Made by a program: the position numbers and the translations under genes
The notes under the pieces: model-generated
Seen by the model: the letters and a program-made list of their open reading frames with translations, nothing else
The model's database searches: none
Told to the model about the DNA's origin: nothing
Part shown: in pieces, positions 54,373 to 64,000 of the stretch
How the letters are laid out: every line of letters starts with the position of its first letter
How positions within the stretch are numbered: the stretch's first letter is position 1
Virus record (IMG/VR): IMGVR_UViG_3300032893_000008
Location: 1 to 64,000 of that record
Direction: 5' to 3' (one strand)
Length of the DNA stretch: 64,000 bases
Source of the DNA: a virus

Positions 54373-55615
54373 GCTTCTCGGCAGCCTTGTGCACTTCCTT
54401 CAGGGTAGCGAAGTGACGCTGCAGAAAATTCGAATCACGCATCAGCTCTTTCACGAACGTCGGGAAAAGAATCTTGTTCGGAAGAGTCTGAAGGCGCTCG
54501 CCAGCGTTGAGGAAAAAGGTATTGATCAGATCGGCCGGCGACTGCTCCATGAACGCACGGACATTCGCGATCATCTTCTTACTTTCGGGAGCATCGAGGG
54601 CAAGACCTTCATCGTAGCGAGTGTAGAGCAGAGAGGAAACGGACTTCGCGACAGTCGACAACGCATCAAACCGACCATCCGCCTCCAGATCCTTGAGCTT
54701 CTGGGACACTTCCTCGTTCCAGGAGTCCAGGATCTCCTCGGCCGTAACGGACTTGATCGTCGAAACGAACGCACTGAGGAGAGCGGCAAGATCCTTACCA
54801 ACCTCGGCCACTGCCGCCCGGAACCAGTTGGGAGAGCTGATGCCGCCGGCGGCGTTGATGGCTCGAATCAGAAACTCCAAGCCGCGGGGGGTGATACGAT
54901 CCTCCTCCCCATGAAATGCAAGAAGGTGGTTCGTGGCGGAGTTCAGACCAGCGGACTCAACCCAGCGCAGGACGATGTGATTACCGTATTTCTCACGGAG
55001 GTAATCCATCAGTTCCTTGATCGACGGATCGAACCACACGAACGTCACACGATCCCGGAGAGCGCGGTCCCATTCGCTGACCTCGTAGGACACGCCGGCG
55101 TATTCCGACGGGTTCATGGCCATGACGATCATCCAGTCCTTACCGACCTGGTAATCGTTGACGCGACGGGCCTGGATCAGGGTGAGCATTGCGGAACGAA
55201 TGTCGCGGTTCACGCGGTTCGGTTCGTCGAGGAACCAGATGCCTCGACCAGTGGTAGGCAGAAGCCCCGGGCGCCCGTGGACGGTAACGCGCTCGCCGTC
55301 GACGGTGACGTTCTCGCCCAGGCCCGCAAGATCGGGAGCTTCCAGGAACTGGAGATTGCAATCCCGAGTCGCTACCGAAGCTTCGATGATCTCAGCAATC
55401 TTCTTCGCGGCCTGAGCCGGAACTTCAGACTTGCCGATACCGGCGGGTCCAACCATGACAATCGGACGGCAGATGATGGGTTCGCGATCAAATGCCTTGG
55501 TCTTGGGATTCCACCCCATCTGCGCCAGGTGGCGCTCGACAATCAGATCGATGATCTGACTGGCGGACAGGTGGATCATGGAGGAGCGGGCATCTTTTTT
55601 CGTCTTCTCGGGCAC
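54356..55615 (-). CDS. MoxR-like AAA+ ATPase
   Basis: GPAGIGKS, FLDEPNR, AMNP, ALRDR, TPRG; adjacent to VWA partner. Confidence 0.85.
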   Translation of the reverse strand: MPEKTKKDARSSMIHLSASQIIDLIVERHLAQMGWNPKTKAFDREPIICRPIVMVGPAGIGKSEVPAQAAKKIAEIIEASVATRDCNLQFLEAPDLAGLGENVTVDGERVTVHGRPGLLPTTGRGIWFLDEPNRVNRDIRSAMLTLIQARRVNDYQVGKDWMIVMAMNPSEYAGVSYEVSEWDRALRDRVTFVWFDPSIKELMDYLREKYGNHIVLRWVESAGLNSATNHLLAFHGEEDRITPRGLEFLIRAINAAGGISSPNWFRAAVAEVGKDLAALLSAFVSTIKSVTAEEILDSWNEEVSQKLKDLEADGRFDALSTVAKSVSSLLYTRYDEGLALDAPESKKMIANVRAFMEQSPADLINTFFLNAGERLQTLPNKILFPTFVKELMRDSNFLQRHFATLKEVHKAAEKLARGE

Positions 55616-55661
55616 TTGAAATCTCCTATCGCGGGCATCCTACCAAGGGGGAAGCGCCCGG

Positions 55662-56783
55662 TCAAGCAATTTTACGGCGCAGCTCTTCCAGGGGCTCGCC
55701 GAAGAGGTCGAGAAGGAGGCGCCGGAATTCTGGCGTTCCATTCGAATTGTTGTGGAGGATATTCGAAAAAGCAGACACCGAACGCCCTAGATATGCGGCG
55801 AGCGTGCCATGGGTAGACGGCAATCCTTTCTCCCTGGCAAGCTGGAAAATCCGGAACTTTGACGCCCGGCCGCGGGCGCGAACACGGGGAACGGACCGAG
55901 ATGATTTCGACGTAAAAACCAATCCGGAATTTGCCAACTCTTCAGAGACGATGGCGTATATTTCCGGATTCATCAGATCGATGGCGGTATCAGCAACGTC
56001 ATCGAAACTTACGTGAGTGGTAAGATTGATGTCCGTCAGACGGTTGCGGAGGAGAGAAGACAGCTCCTCGCTGCTTCGGACCTTCACGGCGCCACTGGGA
56101 TCAAGCACCTTGGACTGAAGCGTTCTCTTCAGATCCTTGTTCATACCACCCAAGGCTTCATGAAACTTCCCGATCGCTTCATCGATAGGCATCCCGGGGG
56201 AGATCGAATCGATCAGATTCTGGATCGTATTCCGGTATCCATCGATATCGACCACGTGCCCGCCGTGACGGGCGGCTGTGTAACTTCGGGATAGCGAGAT
56301 GAACTTCCGGCGAAGATGGATGTATACGAGAGTAGACTCTTTCGCGCACCCCTCCCCGTGGCGAAGATTCTTCTGGATCCAACGGAGCTGCTGAAGGACG
56401 AAAATACGACCGTCCTGAATCAGGTCCTCAACGGACTTGCCGAGACGGCCGATCGAAGCACGAGGATCCAAGGTGGAGCAACTGTTTCCTCCGGCCCAGT
56501 AGCGAAGGACGTGATCGTTGATCATCTTCTTGATCATCGGATCGTATTTACGAATCTGATCATCCGTTACTAGCTCCGGATTCCCTTTCACTCTCGACTT
56601 CGGAGTGTAGGTTTTACCCGGCTGGAGATGCCCCCACCGTCGCCCGGACTTGATGTCCGATACCATGGGTTGCTGGATGTTGTAACGCTTAGCGATGACC
56701 CGCTGCGGGTCTGTGGAACGGAGGATCTCCAGCGCTTGCTCTTCCGTCAGCTTTTTGCGACGAATGGGGACGTTCTCTTCCAT
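55662..56783 (-). CDS. Multi-domain DNA-binding protein (HTH, sigma-region-2-like, HTH)
   Basis: QRVIAKRYNIQQPMVSDIKSGRRW; VEDLIQDGRI; LAAYLGRSVSAFSNIL. Confidence 0.55.
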   Translation of the reverse strand: MEENVPIRRKKLTEEQALEILRSTDPQRVIAKRYNIQQPMVSDIKSGRRWGHLQPGKTYTPKSRVKGNPELVTDDQIRKYDPMIKKMINDHVLRYWAGGNSCSTLDPRASIGRLGKSVEDLIQDGRIFVLQQLRWIQKNLRHGEGCAKESTLVYIHLRRKFISLSRSYTAARHGGHVVDIDGYRNTIQNLIDSISPGMPIDEAIGKFHEALGGMNKDLKRTLQSKVLDPSGAVKVRSSEELSSLLRNRLTDINLTTHVSFDDVADTAIDLMNPEIYAIVSEELANSGLVFTSKSSRSVPRVRARGRASKFRIFQLAREKGLPSTHGTLAAYLGRSVSAFSNILHNNSNGTPEFRRLLLDLFGEPLEELRRKIA

Positions 56784-56822
56784 GTGGGGCACATGATACC
56801 AGAGTATCGGATCGATGTCAAG

Positions 56823-58271
56823 TCACTTTTCGACCACAGCTACTGGCGCGATCTCTTCGAACCATTCCTTGCGCGCATCGCCATGGCGCTTCAAGTGCTG
56901 AGCCTGGGGCACATCGATCTGATAGTCAATAACCAGGACTTCGTTCTTACGGCCTTCCACTCGCCGAAGGCCACGGCCAAGGTTCTGCATCACCAACCCC
57001 TTGGAAGCACCGCCGGCGAGCAGCATCAAGACATCGACCGGGAGGATATCGGTTCCCTCTCCGATCACAGAAGTTCCGATCAGACATCGAATTTTACCAG
57101 CGTTAAAGTCTCGCACGGCTTCGGAAGGATCCACCCAAGGAGCACCTTCTTCCTGGGCCTTCTCCTTCGCGCGCACGAAGACCGAGCCCTCGATCCGCGA
57201 TTGAAGTTCGTGACCGTGCTCACGTTCCTTAACCAGGATTAACACCTGCTTACCGGCTTTCAGCACGGCCTTCGCCTGAGCAACCACGAGCTTGTTGAGG
57301 TAGTCATTTCTGATCACGTGCTCCTGGAAGGACTTAATCAGGTTCGCCGGCGCGGCGGTCGAGGAGGTGGTGATCCGATAAAGCATGAACCGAGGAGTAG
57401 CCAGGAAGCCATCCCTGATGCCCTCCTGGACGGTGTAGGTATCGATGACCGGGAACGTCGCAGCTTCGATCGCCAAGTCAGCTCCATCGGCCCGGAAGGG
57501 AGTAGCGGTAAAGCCGAATCGGTAGAAGGCGTTGGGAACGAAATCATAGCAGATCTGAGAAACGGTAGCGCAGGGCAAATGATGACACTCATCGAAGATG
57601 AGCACCTGACGGTCATCCCAATCTTTCGGGGTGGAATTCAGGATACTCGGCGCACAAGCGATGGTGATATCACGGATCTTCTTCTTACCGTCCCCATACT
57701 GAGATACCCGCGCCGGACCGAAAAACATCTCGAAACGACGAACGGTCTGCTTCAAGATCGACGTGTTGGGCACCACGAGGAGAGACTTTAGCCCCAATCG
57801 CTGAAGAAGCTTCATGATGACGACGGTCTTACCAGTGCCGGTGGCAGACTCGATGGTTCCCTGGCCGGCAGCCAGGCAGCGCTCAAACTGACGCGTCTGG
57901 TAGTAACGCATCTCCGGCGGGGCCTGCTCCATCCGGAACCCAGGACCTTGCCGCGGCCGCACCCGAATGTCCTCAACCATCGGAGCCTGAAGCTTTTCAC
58001 GGACACGATCGAGCAATCCCGTTGGAAACACCAACGAATCCCCGTCCATGGACGCAAGCGCTACGTGCTGCTGCGCCTGGAGTTGCGCGATGCGCATCGC
58101 GAAGTAGTCCGCACCACCGCCATAAGCTCGCCTGGCGGCACGCTGCGCCTGTCGGATCTGATAAGATACTGACTTGTCGGTGTAGGTGAGTTCCTTGATG
58201 ACCTTCGCGGCTTCTTCAGGCGAGATCCCGCTCACGGTAGACTTGGAATATCCGACACGGATGATGGCCAC
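56823..58271 (-). CDS. SF2 helicase (UvsW/XPB-like)
   Basis: ATGTGKT, FDECHH, GFTATPFRAD, GEGTD, QNLGRGLR. Confidence 0.9.
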   Translation of the reverse strand: MAIIRVGYSKSTVSGISPEEAAKVIKELTYTDKSVSYQIRQAQRAARRAYGGGADYFAMRIAQLQAQQHVALASMDGDSLVFPTGLLDRVREKLQAPMVEDIRVRPRQGPGFRMEQAPPEMRYYQTRQFERCLAAGQGTIESATGTGKTVVIMKLLQRLGLKSLLVVPNTSILKQTVRRFEMFFGPARVSQYGDGKKKIRDITIACAPSILNSTPKDWDDRQVLIFDECHHLPCATVSQICYDFVPNAFYRFGFTATPFRADGADLAIEAATFPVIDTYTVQEGIRDGFLATPRFMLYRITTSSTAAPANLIKSFQEHVIRNDYLNKLVVAQAKAVLKAGKQVLILVKEREHGHELQSRIEGSVFVRAKEKAQEEGAPWVDPSEAVRDFNAGKIRCLIGTSVIGEGTDILPVDVLMLLAGGASKGLVMQNLGRGLRRVEGRKNEVLVIDYQIDVPQAQHLKRHGDARKEWFEEIAPVAVVEK

Positions 58272-58321
58272 GGGGATATTCTACCCAAACCGAAAACCGT
58301 TCAATCGGTATAATTCGAGTG

Positions 58322-58519
58322 ATGCCCGTCGATTTCCACGCCTACGCCTTCAATCAGCACGAAGTAAAGAGCCACGATACCGCGTGCAACGTCTGCCTGA
58401 CGTATTGCGGCTTGCGAATTGCAGACGCCGCCATTCTGGAAGCCATCAGCGCCGGACACCCGAAGTGCCAGGGGTGCGAAGCCATGAAGCCGAAGACGGA
58501 GAAAAAGACTGATGAGTAA
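58322..58519 (+). CDS. Small Cys-rich protein
   Basis: TATAAT 7 nt upstream; CNVC, CQGC. Confidence 0.5.
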   Translation: MPVDFHAYAFNQHEVKSHDTACNVCLTYCGLRIADAAILEAISAGHPKCQGCEAMKPKTEKKTDE

Positions 58520-59687
58520 TTTCTCTCCCGATCAGCAGATCGCCTACGACGGCATTCTACAGTGGGCGAAGGATCCAAATTCATCCCAGACCGCGGCGCT
58601 TACTGGTTTTGCCGGCTGCGGCAAAACCTTCGTCGTCGCTAGCTTGGCTACTTCAGGAAACGTCCATTACTGCACCCCTACCGCCCAAGCGGCTTCGGTC
58701 CTCAATCGGATGCTCCCCAACGGCGGAGCTACTACTGCCCATCGTTTCCTCCGGGAATACAAGAAGCCGCCGGCCATCTCTAAGGAGAATACCCTAGCCG
58801 ATCCTTTCGAGGAACAGAAATGGGAATATCGGGTAAAGCATTACTCTGAGTTCACGAGCCTGGACCTGATCGTCGCAGATGAAGCGAGCATGCTGTCCAC
58901 GGACATCTGCCAAGAACTCCGCGATACCCGCCGTAAGGTTCTATTCGTTGGCGATCCGGCACAGCTTGGCCCTATTAATCGCGAAGAGATGCCGGCGGAA
59001 CTGAAGAATCCCACCTGGCACCTCAGTAAGCTCCACCGGGTGATGGAAACCCATCCGCTACGCAAACTCGGCGAAGCCGCTCGGTCGAAGTTCCTGTCCG
59101 AGTTGAAGAATTTTGCCGAACCCGGAAAGATCATTTTCATCGATCGTGATCGCCTAAAATCCGTCGTTAAGCTGATGTGGAAGGACCTAGCGCCAGAACA
59201 GCTGGAATCTCGGATCTTTATCGCCGACACCAATGAACTAAGGGTGATGGTCAACAAGCTCGTTCGCCAGGTCCTGTTCGGTGACACGACGAACGATCCC
59301 GTCCCTGGCGATCGTATTGTCTTCCTCAAGAACGAGCGAAGAACCCGAATCTACAACGGCATGCGTGGAACCGTGATTTCCGTAAACAAAGTTTACGGCG
59401 ACCAGCTCCTGATCGAAGTCCAACCAGACTACGACTCCCAGGGGGTGCTACGCACGCGGGTAGAACGCTCCCAGTTCAACAATCCGAAGAAGATCCCGTG
59501 GGACCAGGGGCAGGCTAGCTTGGCCGACTACGCTTACGCTTCAACTTGTCACAAAGCCCAGGGGGATCAGTTCGAAACAGTGGTGACGCTCGCTGAACCA
59601 GGGCGCTTCAAGTCTACTCCCGAGACCCTGAGTTGGTCCTATACGGCCATCTCTCGTGCCCAGGAGAAGCTGGTAATTCTGGTATGA
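58512..59687 (+). CDS. RecD/Dda-like SF1B helicase
   Basis: GFAGCGKT, ADEASM, VGDPAQLGP, YASTCHKAQG, YTAISRA. Confidence 0.9.
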   Translation: MSNFSPDQQIAYDGILQWAKDPNSSQTAALTGFAGCGKTFVVASLATSGNVHYCTPTAQAASVLNRMLPNGGATTAHRFLREYKKPPAISKENTLADPFEEQKWEYRVKHYSEFTSLDLIVADEASMLSTDICQELRDTRRKVLFVGDPAQLGPINREEMPAELKNPTWHLSKLHRVMETHPLRKLGEAARSKFLSELKNFAEPGKIIFIDRDRLKSVVKLMWKDLAPEQLESRIFIADTNELRVMVNKLVRQVLFGDTTNDPVPGDRIVFLKNERRTRIYNGMRGTVISVNKVYGDQLLIEVQPDYDSQGVLRTRVERSQFNNPKKIPWDQGQASLADYAYASTCHKAQGDQFETVVTLAEPGRFKSTPETLSWSYTAISRAQEKLVILV

Positions 59688-59748
59688 AAGAAATTTGCGT
59701 CACACGTTGTCACCACTGTGTCACATCAATGTTCCCGGGGTCGCTCTA

Positions 59749-60393
59749 ATGAAATCAAGTATTTACAAGCCCCATGTCCGTATATATAGATTAGATAATA
59801 ATTCAACCGAAAGAACCAGGGTGTGGAGGCTGCGGAAGAAGGCAGAGAGGGAATCCCTGGAAGCGGAAAAGGCAGTCATGGAAGAAAAAGAGAAAATCTG
59901 GAACCAGGCTATTATCGATCTACGGAAGACTTTCCGTGAGGATCGGAAGCGGGAGCATCTTTTCAACCACCTGGTAGCTTTCTTTCAGACCCTCAAGGAG
60001 GGCTCATGGGAACTGGAGGAGGTATCAGCTGCAGGGAAAAAGAGGGAGGTGGTCGGGGTCTTCTATGTAAACTGGATCGGTGGTAAAACCAGCAATAAGG
60101 CTAAGCGATATCTCCAACGCGTGGAGATGGAATGGACTAGCGCCATCGCCTATGTCTGGGGCACTTTCAAGACCGCTGATGTCGAATCTCGTCCTGTTAC
60201 GCCATCTGTGACGGAAGAGGCGGAAGAAGAAGAGGAAGATGTCGACTTGATCGAACTGGAGCAGTTTCGAAAGGAACACGAGCAATCGGAACGGGAGCGG
60301 TTGCGCCGCCTGGAAGCGCTGGAGGCCAGCGGTATCATCAGTGACGATCAGCGCCGCTGGTTGACTGAGCTACGGGAAAAGTTCACGAAATGA
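59749..60393 (+). CDS. Hypothetical protein, possible replication initiator/loader
   Basis: Coupled to the DnaB-like gene; start uncertain. Confidence 0.5.
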   Translation: MKSSIYKPHVRIYRLDNNSTERTRVWRLRKKAERESLEAEKAVMEEKEKIWNQAIIDLRKTFREDRKREHLFNHLVAFFQTLKEGSWELEEVSAAGKKREVVGVFYVNWIGGKTSNKAKRYLQRVEMEWTSAIAYVWGTFKTADVESRPVTPSVTEEAEEEEEDVDLIELEQFRKEHEQSERERLRRLEALEASGIISDDQRRWLTELREKFTK

Positions 60394-61628
60394 CCGGACT
60401 CACTAATACCCAGAAGCTCATCGATCATGTCGCTAACGGTCTCTCGGCCCTGACCGGCCAGCCGAAGGCGGAGATCGTGGCTATTCTGGATTATCGCGTA
60501 GATCTCCAGAAACGTCAAGGCGTTAGCTTTGCGCATGAGCTGAAGCTTCTCTCTGGGGGAAACGAAGAAGCCAAAACCCTCTGGGAGAAAATCCGCGGCG
60601 GCTCGCTGGGCGCCCTGGGAGAGCAGGGAGCGATTGAGTTGCGCTTCCAGAAGAACTACATGGAGCCTAGGCTTAAGGCCCTGGAGTTCAAGGAGCTGGA
60701 GAAGACGCTGGAGCAGCCATCGGAAGAAGCGCTCGTCGAGGCCCAGAAAGCTTTCGAACAGTCCCTCGACTTGCGAGCCAAGCTAGCTCCCCTTCCCCTT
60801 CTGGTAACTCCTGGAGTCGCCGCTTTGGCGCGCTTGGTTCCGGGGGAGCTTCATCTTTGGGGCGCTGAAACGAAGCACGGCAAAACGACAAATTGCGCCG
60901 GCATTCACGAACCCCTGGTTAACCAAGGGCTTAAGACTGCACATATCACGATCGAGGAGGCTGAGGATACCTTCCGCCTCCGCGTGGCGTGCCTGACCGA
61001 AGGGATCGACGTAACGCACGTCGGTGCGGGGAAACTACCTCAAGACGCCGTGGACCGCATCAAGGTCCGCGTAGCGCAGCAGAGGCCCTTTCTACGAGTG
61101 ATCGCCGGCCCTAGCTTCGGCCGGCCGGACATCTTTGCTCAGGCGCTGGAATCCTTCAAGGACGGTGGCTATACGATCATCACTTTCGACTACATCTCCA
61201 AAGCGATCACGTCCAACTCGGAAGGGCAAAACCGAGCGGAGCAGGAAAAAATCATGATCGCGTGTGAAAAATTTGTTAAATGTGGCATCCCCATGGTAGT
61301 CTTCGGTCAGTTGCGCAAGTTCGATCCGAAAGTGAAGTCGGAAGGTGTAGGTGAGCGTTTCCGCGGAAACCGATCGCTGCATCTTCTGGCAGACAATACG
61401 ATCGAGATGCGAGCCTATAAGAAAGCAGGTGTTACTCGTTGGAAACGTTGCAATACCCGGTGGGAAGATAATCGTTTGTCAATTTGCTGGACGCAACTTG
61501 TTAATGGTCGGCATCAGGACATTCCCGAAACAGAAGCGAACCAGCGGATTGCAGACATGGTTCAACGAAAAGCTGATGAAGAAGCCGGCAATCTCTCTGA
61601 CCTCTCTAAGTCCCTAAACGATGACTGA
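60390..61628 (+). CDS. Divergent DnaB-like replicative helicase
   Basis: PGELHLWGAETKHGKT, ITIEE, FDYI, GQL; upstream of primase. Confidence 0.7.
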   Translation: MTGLTNTQKLIDHVANGLSALTGQPKAEIVAILDYRVDLQKRQGVSFAHELKLLSGGNEEAKTLWEKIRGGSLGALGEQGAIELRFQKNYMEPRLKALEFKELEKTLEQPSEEALVEAQKAFEQSLDLRAKLAPLPLLVTPGVAALARLVPGELHLWGAETKHGKTTNCAGIHEPLVNQGLKTAHITIEEAEDTFRLRVACLTEGIDVTHVGAGKLPQDAVDRIKVRVAQQRPFLRVIAGPSFGRPDIFAQALESFKDGGYTIITFDYISKAITSNSEGQNRAEQEKIMIACEKFVKCGIPMVVFGQLRKFDPKVKSEGVGERFRGNRSLHLLADNTIEMRAYKKAGVTRWKRCNTRWEDNRLSICWTQLVNGRHQDIPETEANQRIADMVQRKADEEAGNLSDLSKSLNDD

Positions 61629-62550
61629 CCTAAACATCGAAAACTGGGTATACACCCTATTCAACAAAGGAGAGTTTACGGCCGCCGGCGACCGCGAGGA
61701 GGATATGGGCCCCTGGTGTCGCAAGCCCGGCAGTGGCATCATCCCCGTAGAGAGCCTTCTGAAGATTCAGCCGGCGAAGTTCTGCATCAATCCTTTGCGT
61801 AAGGGAGCGCCCACCAGGAGTGACGCCAACCTGACTGCCCATCGGTCGTTCTTGATCGAGATCGACAAAGATGCTGACGGTAACTTGATGAGCGAGGCGG
61901 ACCAGGAGCGCTACATCGAAGACCTCGGACTCCCCTGGTCTGCTCGTGTGTGGACTGGGGGTAAGTCTCTCCACCACCTTATCACCCTGTCGGAGGATCT
62001 AACTGCGGAGCAATCGGATGCGCTACGAGACCGAATTTTTGGCACAGACATCCACAATCGTGGACCTATCCCGATTTGCGATTTTGGAGTGCGCCTGAAG
62101 TGCCAGGTGGCTCGCGTTCCGTTTCACGTTCGTAACGACGGAAAGTATCACGAGCAATTGCAGCGGCTTACGGGTCTTCGGGGGCGCGTTAAGTTCTCGG
62201 ACTTGAATGATTGGTTGACCTCTAAGGGGTTCCCCTGGGTTCCGCCGAAGCCCAAGGTGCATCACCACTCCAAGAAGGACGCAGCTCGGCGCCTCCTAGA
62301 TGATCCAGACGGTTTTCACCTCAAGCTCCCGCTATCCGGAAAGATCCAACAGCTTTTGAATGAAGGTTCAGTGTCCGGCGAGTCCAACAACCGCATGGCG
62401 CGTGTAGCCATGGGGATGGCGAGCAAGGGCTGGAACGAGGAAGAGATGTTCGAGGCCCTTCGAGAAAATTTCATCTCCCAGTCCGATGTTGAGATCTCCC
62501 GTGCCATCCGGGGCGCTCTTCGCAAACAGGCCGAGCAGGACGGCGAGTAA
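61621..62550 (+). CDS. AEP-superfamily primase (RepB-like)
   Basis: INPL, FLIEID, WTGGKSLH, ARVP; C-terminal helical domain. Confidence 0.75.
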   Translation: MTDLNIENWVYTLFNKGEFTAAGDREEDMGPWCRKPGSGIIPVESLLKIQPAKFCINPLRKGAPTRSDANLTAHRSFLIEIDKDADGNLMSEADQERYIEDLGLPWSARVWTGGKSLHHLITLSEDLTAEQSDALRDRIFGTDIHNRGPIPICDFGVRLKCQVARVPFHVRNDGKYHEQLQRLTGLRGRVKFSDLNDWLTSKGFPWVPPKPKVHHHSKKDAARRLLDDPDGFHLKLPLSGKIQQLLNEGSVSGESNNRMARVAMGMASKGWNEEEMFEALRENFISQSDVEISRAIRGALRKQAEQDGE

Positions 62551-62595
62551 ACCCCGTCCGGAGCTGGAAAATCGACTTCTGGTAGAATACGCCTT

Positions 62596-62829
62596 GTGTT
62601 TAAGAAAGGCGATATCGTCAGAATTACGACCCAGAACGCTACCTTGTGGCCTTACTACGGCCAGAAGGGAGAGGTCAGCCGGCCGTCATACAGCGAAGCC
62701 AAAAGCGGGACCGTTTATGAGGTCGAAGTTAAAGACCCCAAGAACGGTCGGGTCGGTCTTCTCCTGGATGAAACAGAAATGGTCCTCTGGAATGGGCTCG
62801 ATGAAGCGATGAAGGCGAGTAATGGGTAA
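62596..62829 (+). CDS. Small SH3/KOW-like protein
   Basis: FKKGDIVRI...GQKGEV; TAGAAT 7 nt upstream. Confidence 0.55.
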   Translation: MFKKGDIVRITTQNATLWPYYGQKGEVSRPSYSEAKSGTVYEVEVKDPKNGRVGLLLDETEMVLWNGLDEAMKASNG

Positions 62830-63676
62830 GAAAGTCTGGTGCGAGTTTCACAAAATTGAGCATGACCTCGATTTAGTTGAAAGATTCGCAGCAAAAACGG
62901 GCGAAAAGAAAGGTGTTTGTCCGATCACGGCTGCTACAGAAGTCCAGACGGGTGCTTACATTCTTGAGCCTGAATACGCTATCGTCCACAAATCAGCGAC
63001 TGAAGCCCGCTGGCCCCAGAACGTTGATCTCTTGATCACCAAGCTCCCCGCCACCGAGAAGGAAGGCTACACCCAAGGGTTGGTAGCTTTCATCGCCGGC
63101 CAGACGTTCAAGCAGATGAACCCGAACTCCCTCGCCTTTGTGATCGTATCGAGCTACAAGGAACAGAAGGAACGCCCCTACCTGATCGTGGAGATCTTCA
63201 AGTCCGCGGGCTTCCAGTTCATCGACACGATTATCTGGGAGAAAAACAAATACACTCCCACCCAAGGCGGTAAGCGCCTTAACAACGTCTACGATTTCGT
63301 CTTCCTCTTCGCCAAGGGTGACAACTATCACCTGGATCGTGAGGCGATTGCATACCTCCGTCGTGATGGGCACGGAGAATACCTGTGCGCCGGCAACGTA
63401 TGGCGCATCAAGGTCGACGAAAAAGATTCGGTTCCTCAGGAACTCGCAGAAGTGGCGATCAAGCTATCGAATCTGCTGCCGAATTCCACGATCGTAGATC
63501 CGTTCATGGACACCGGCGCGGTGCTACGAGCAGCACTTCACACTCAACACTCGTTCTGGGGATGCGAGTCTAGTCCCCTCAAGTTCAAGAGGTGCCAGAA
63601 AGTAGTGCGTGACTACCGCACTGCTCTCTTGGCCGGCAAAGACCCCGAATCGATTCTCAACGGAGAGACAGCGTGA
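62822..63676 (+). CDS. N4C/N6A DNA methyltransferase homologue with degenerate motifs
   Basis: IIWEK, YDFVFLFAK, GNVWRI, DPFMDTG; ITKLP in place of SPPY/DPPY. Confidence 0.7.
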   Translation: MGKKVWCEFHKIEHDLDLVERFAAKTGEKKGVCPITAATEVQTGAYILEPEYAIVHKSATEARWPQNVDLLITKLPATEKEGYTQGLVAFIAGQTFKQMNPNSLAFVIVSSYKEQKERPYLIVEIFKSAGFQFIDTIIWEKNKYTPTQGGKRLNNVYDFVFLFAKGDNYHLDREAIAYLRRDGHGEYLCAGNVWRIKVDEKDSVPQELAEVAIKLSNLLPNSTIVDPFMDTGAVLRAALHTQHSFWGCESSPLKFKRCQKVVRDYRTALLAGKDPESILNGETA

Positions 63677-64000
63677 ACGGATTCTCGATCAAGGCAAAAG
63701 GCAAGGAAATTCGTCTCAAGGGCCCTGCCCTTAACGATGCCATTCTTCAGACGATGCACACCCTATCCCAGATCGTCGGTTCGACGCTCGGGCCGGGCGG
63801 TAACGTCGTGCTCCTGGAGCGCATTGGACTGCCGCCTCTGATCACTAAGGACGGCGTCACGGTAGCGTCGAACGTCGCCTTCAAGGACGCAACGCAATAC
63901 GTCCTCGGCGAGGCAGCGAAGGAAGCTTCGCTCCGCACGAACGTCGAGGCTGGCGACGGCACGACGACCGTCATCGTCCTGGCGGAAGCCCTGACCCGCT
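63673..64000 (+). CDS. groEL: GroEL-like chaperonin (partial)
   Basis: STLGPGGNVV, ITKDGVTVA, AGDGTTT. Confidence 0.9.
   Translation, partial: MNGFSIKAKGKEIRLKGPALNDAILQTMHTLSQIVGSTLGPGGNVVLLERIGLPPLITKDGVTVASNVAFKDATQYVLGEAAKEASLRTNVEAGDGTTTVIVLAEALTR

Noticed and set aside
1-64000. Genome-wide TAG recoding (code 15)
   Set aside because: Long genes have no internal TAG, and a TAG stop overlaps the next start at 26092 (TAGTG). Only one internal TAG was found.

Overview
This 64-kb window is a fragment of a large, GC-rich, tailed dsDNA phage, probably a myovirus with an SPO1/Twort-type major capsid protein. I see no host chromosome, integrase or CRISPR array. It encodes head genes (terminase, portal, MuF-like protein, prohead protease, scaffold, capsid) and repeat-rich fibre-like virion proteins. 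It also has a replication/recombination set (DnaE-type polymerase, primase, DnaB-like, UvsW-, RecD- and SNF2-like helicases, RecA, SbcD, SSB), a sigma factor, GroEL, and many RNA-repair or anti-defence enzymes. There are 7 canonical tRNAs. The most striking feature is a minus-strand operon at about 20.9-22.1 kb. In order it holds a gene with a strong SD whose 9th codon is an in-frame TAG (no downstream start codon), a Pth2-like peptidyl-tRNA hydrolase, two CCA-ended tRNA-like RNAs without a normal anticodon loop, an A1:U72 initiator-type tRNA, a structured ncRNA and an amber-suppressor tRNA(CUA). The phage otherwise uses the standard code. A third anticodon-less tRNA-like RNA lies at 1.4 kb. 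Other notable signals are widespread leaderless promoters, a hairpin sRNA with an anti-SD-like loop, and an HNH-Mom fusion. All calls come from reading motifs by eye; no searches were run.
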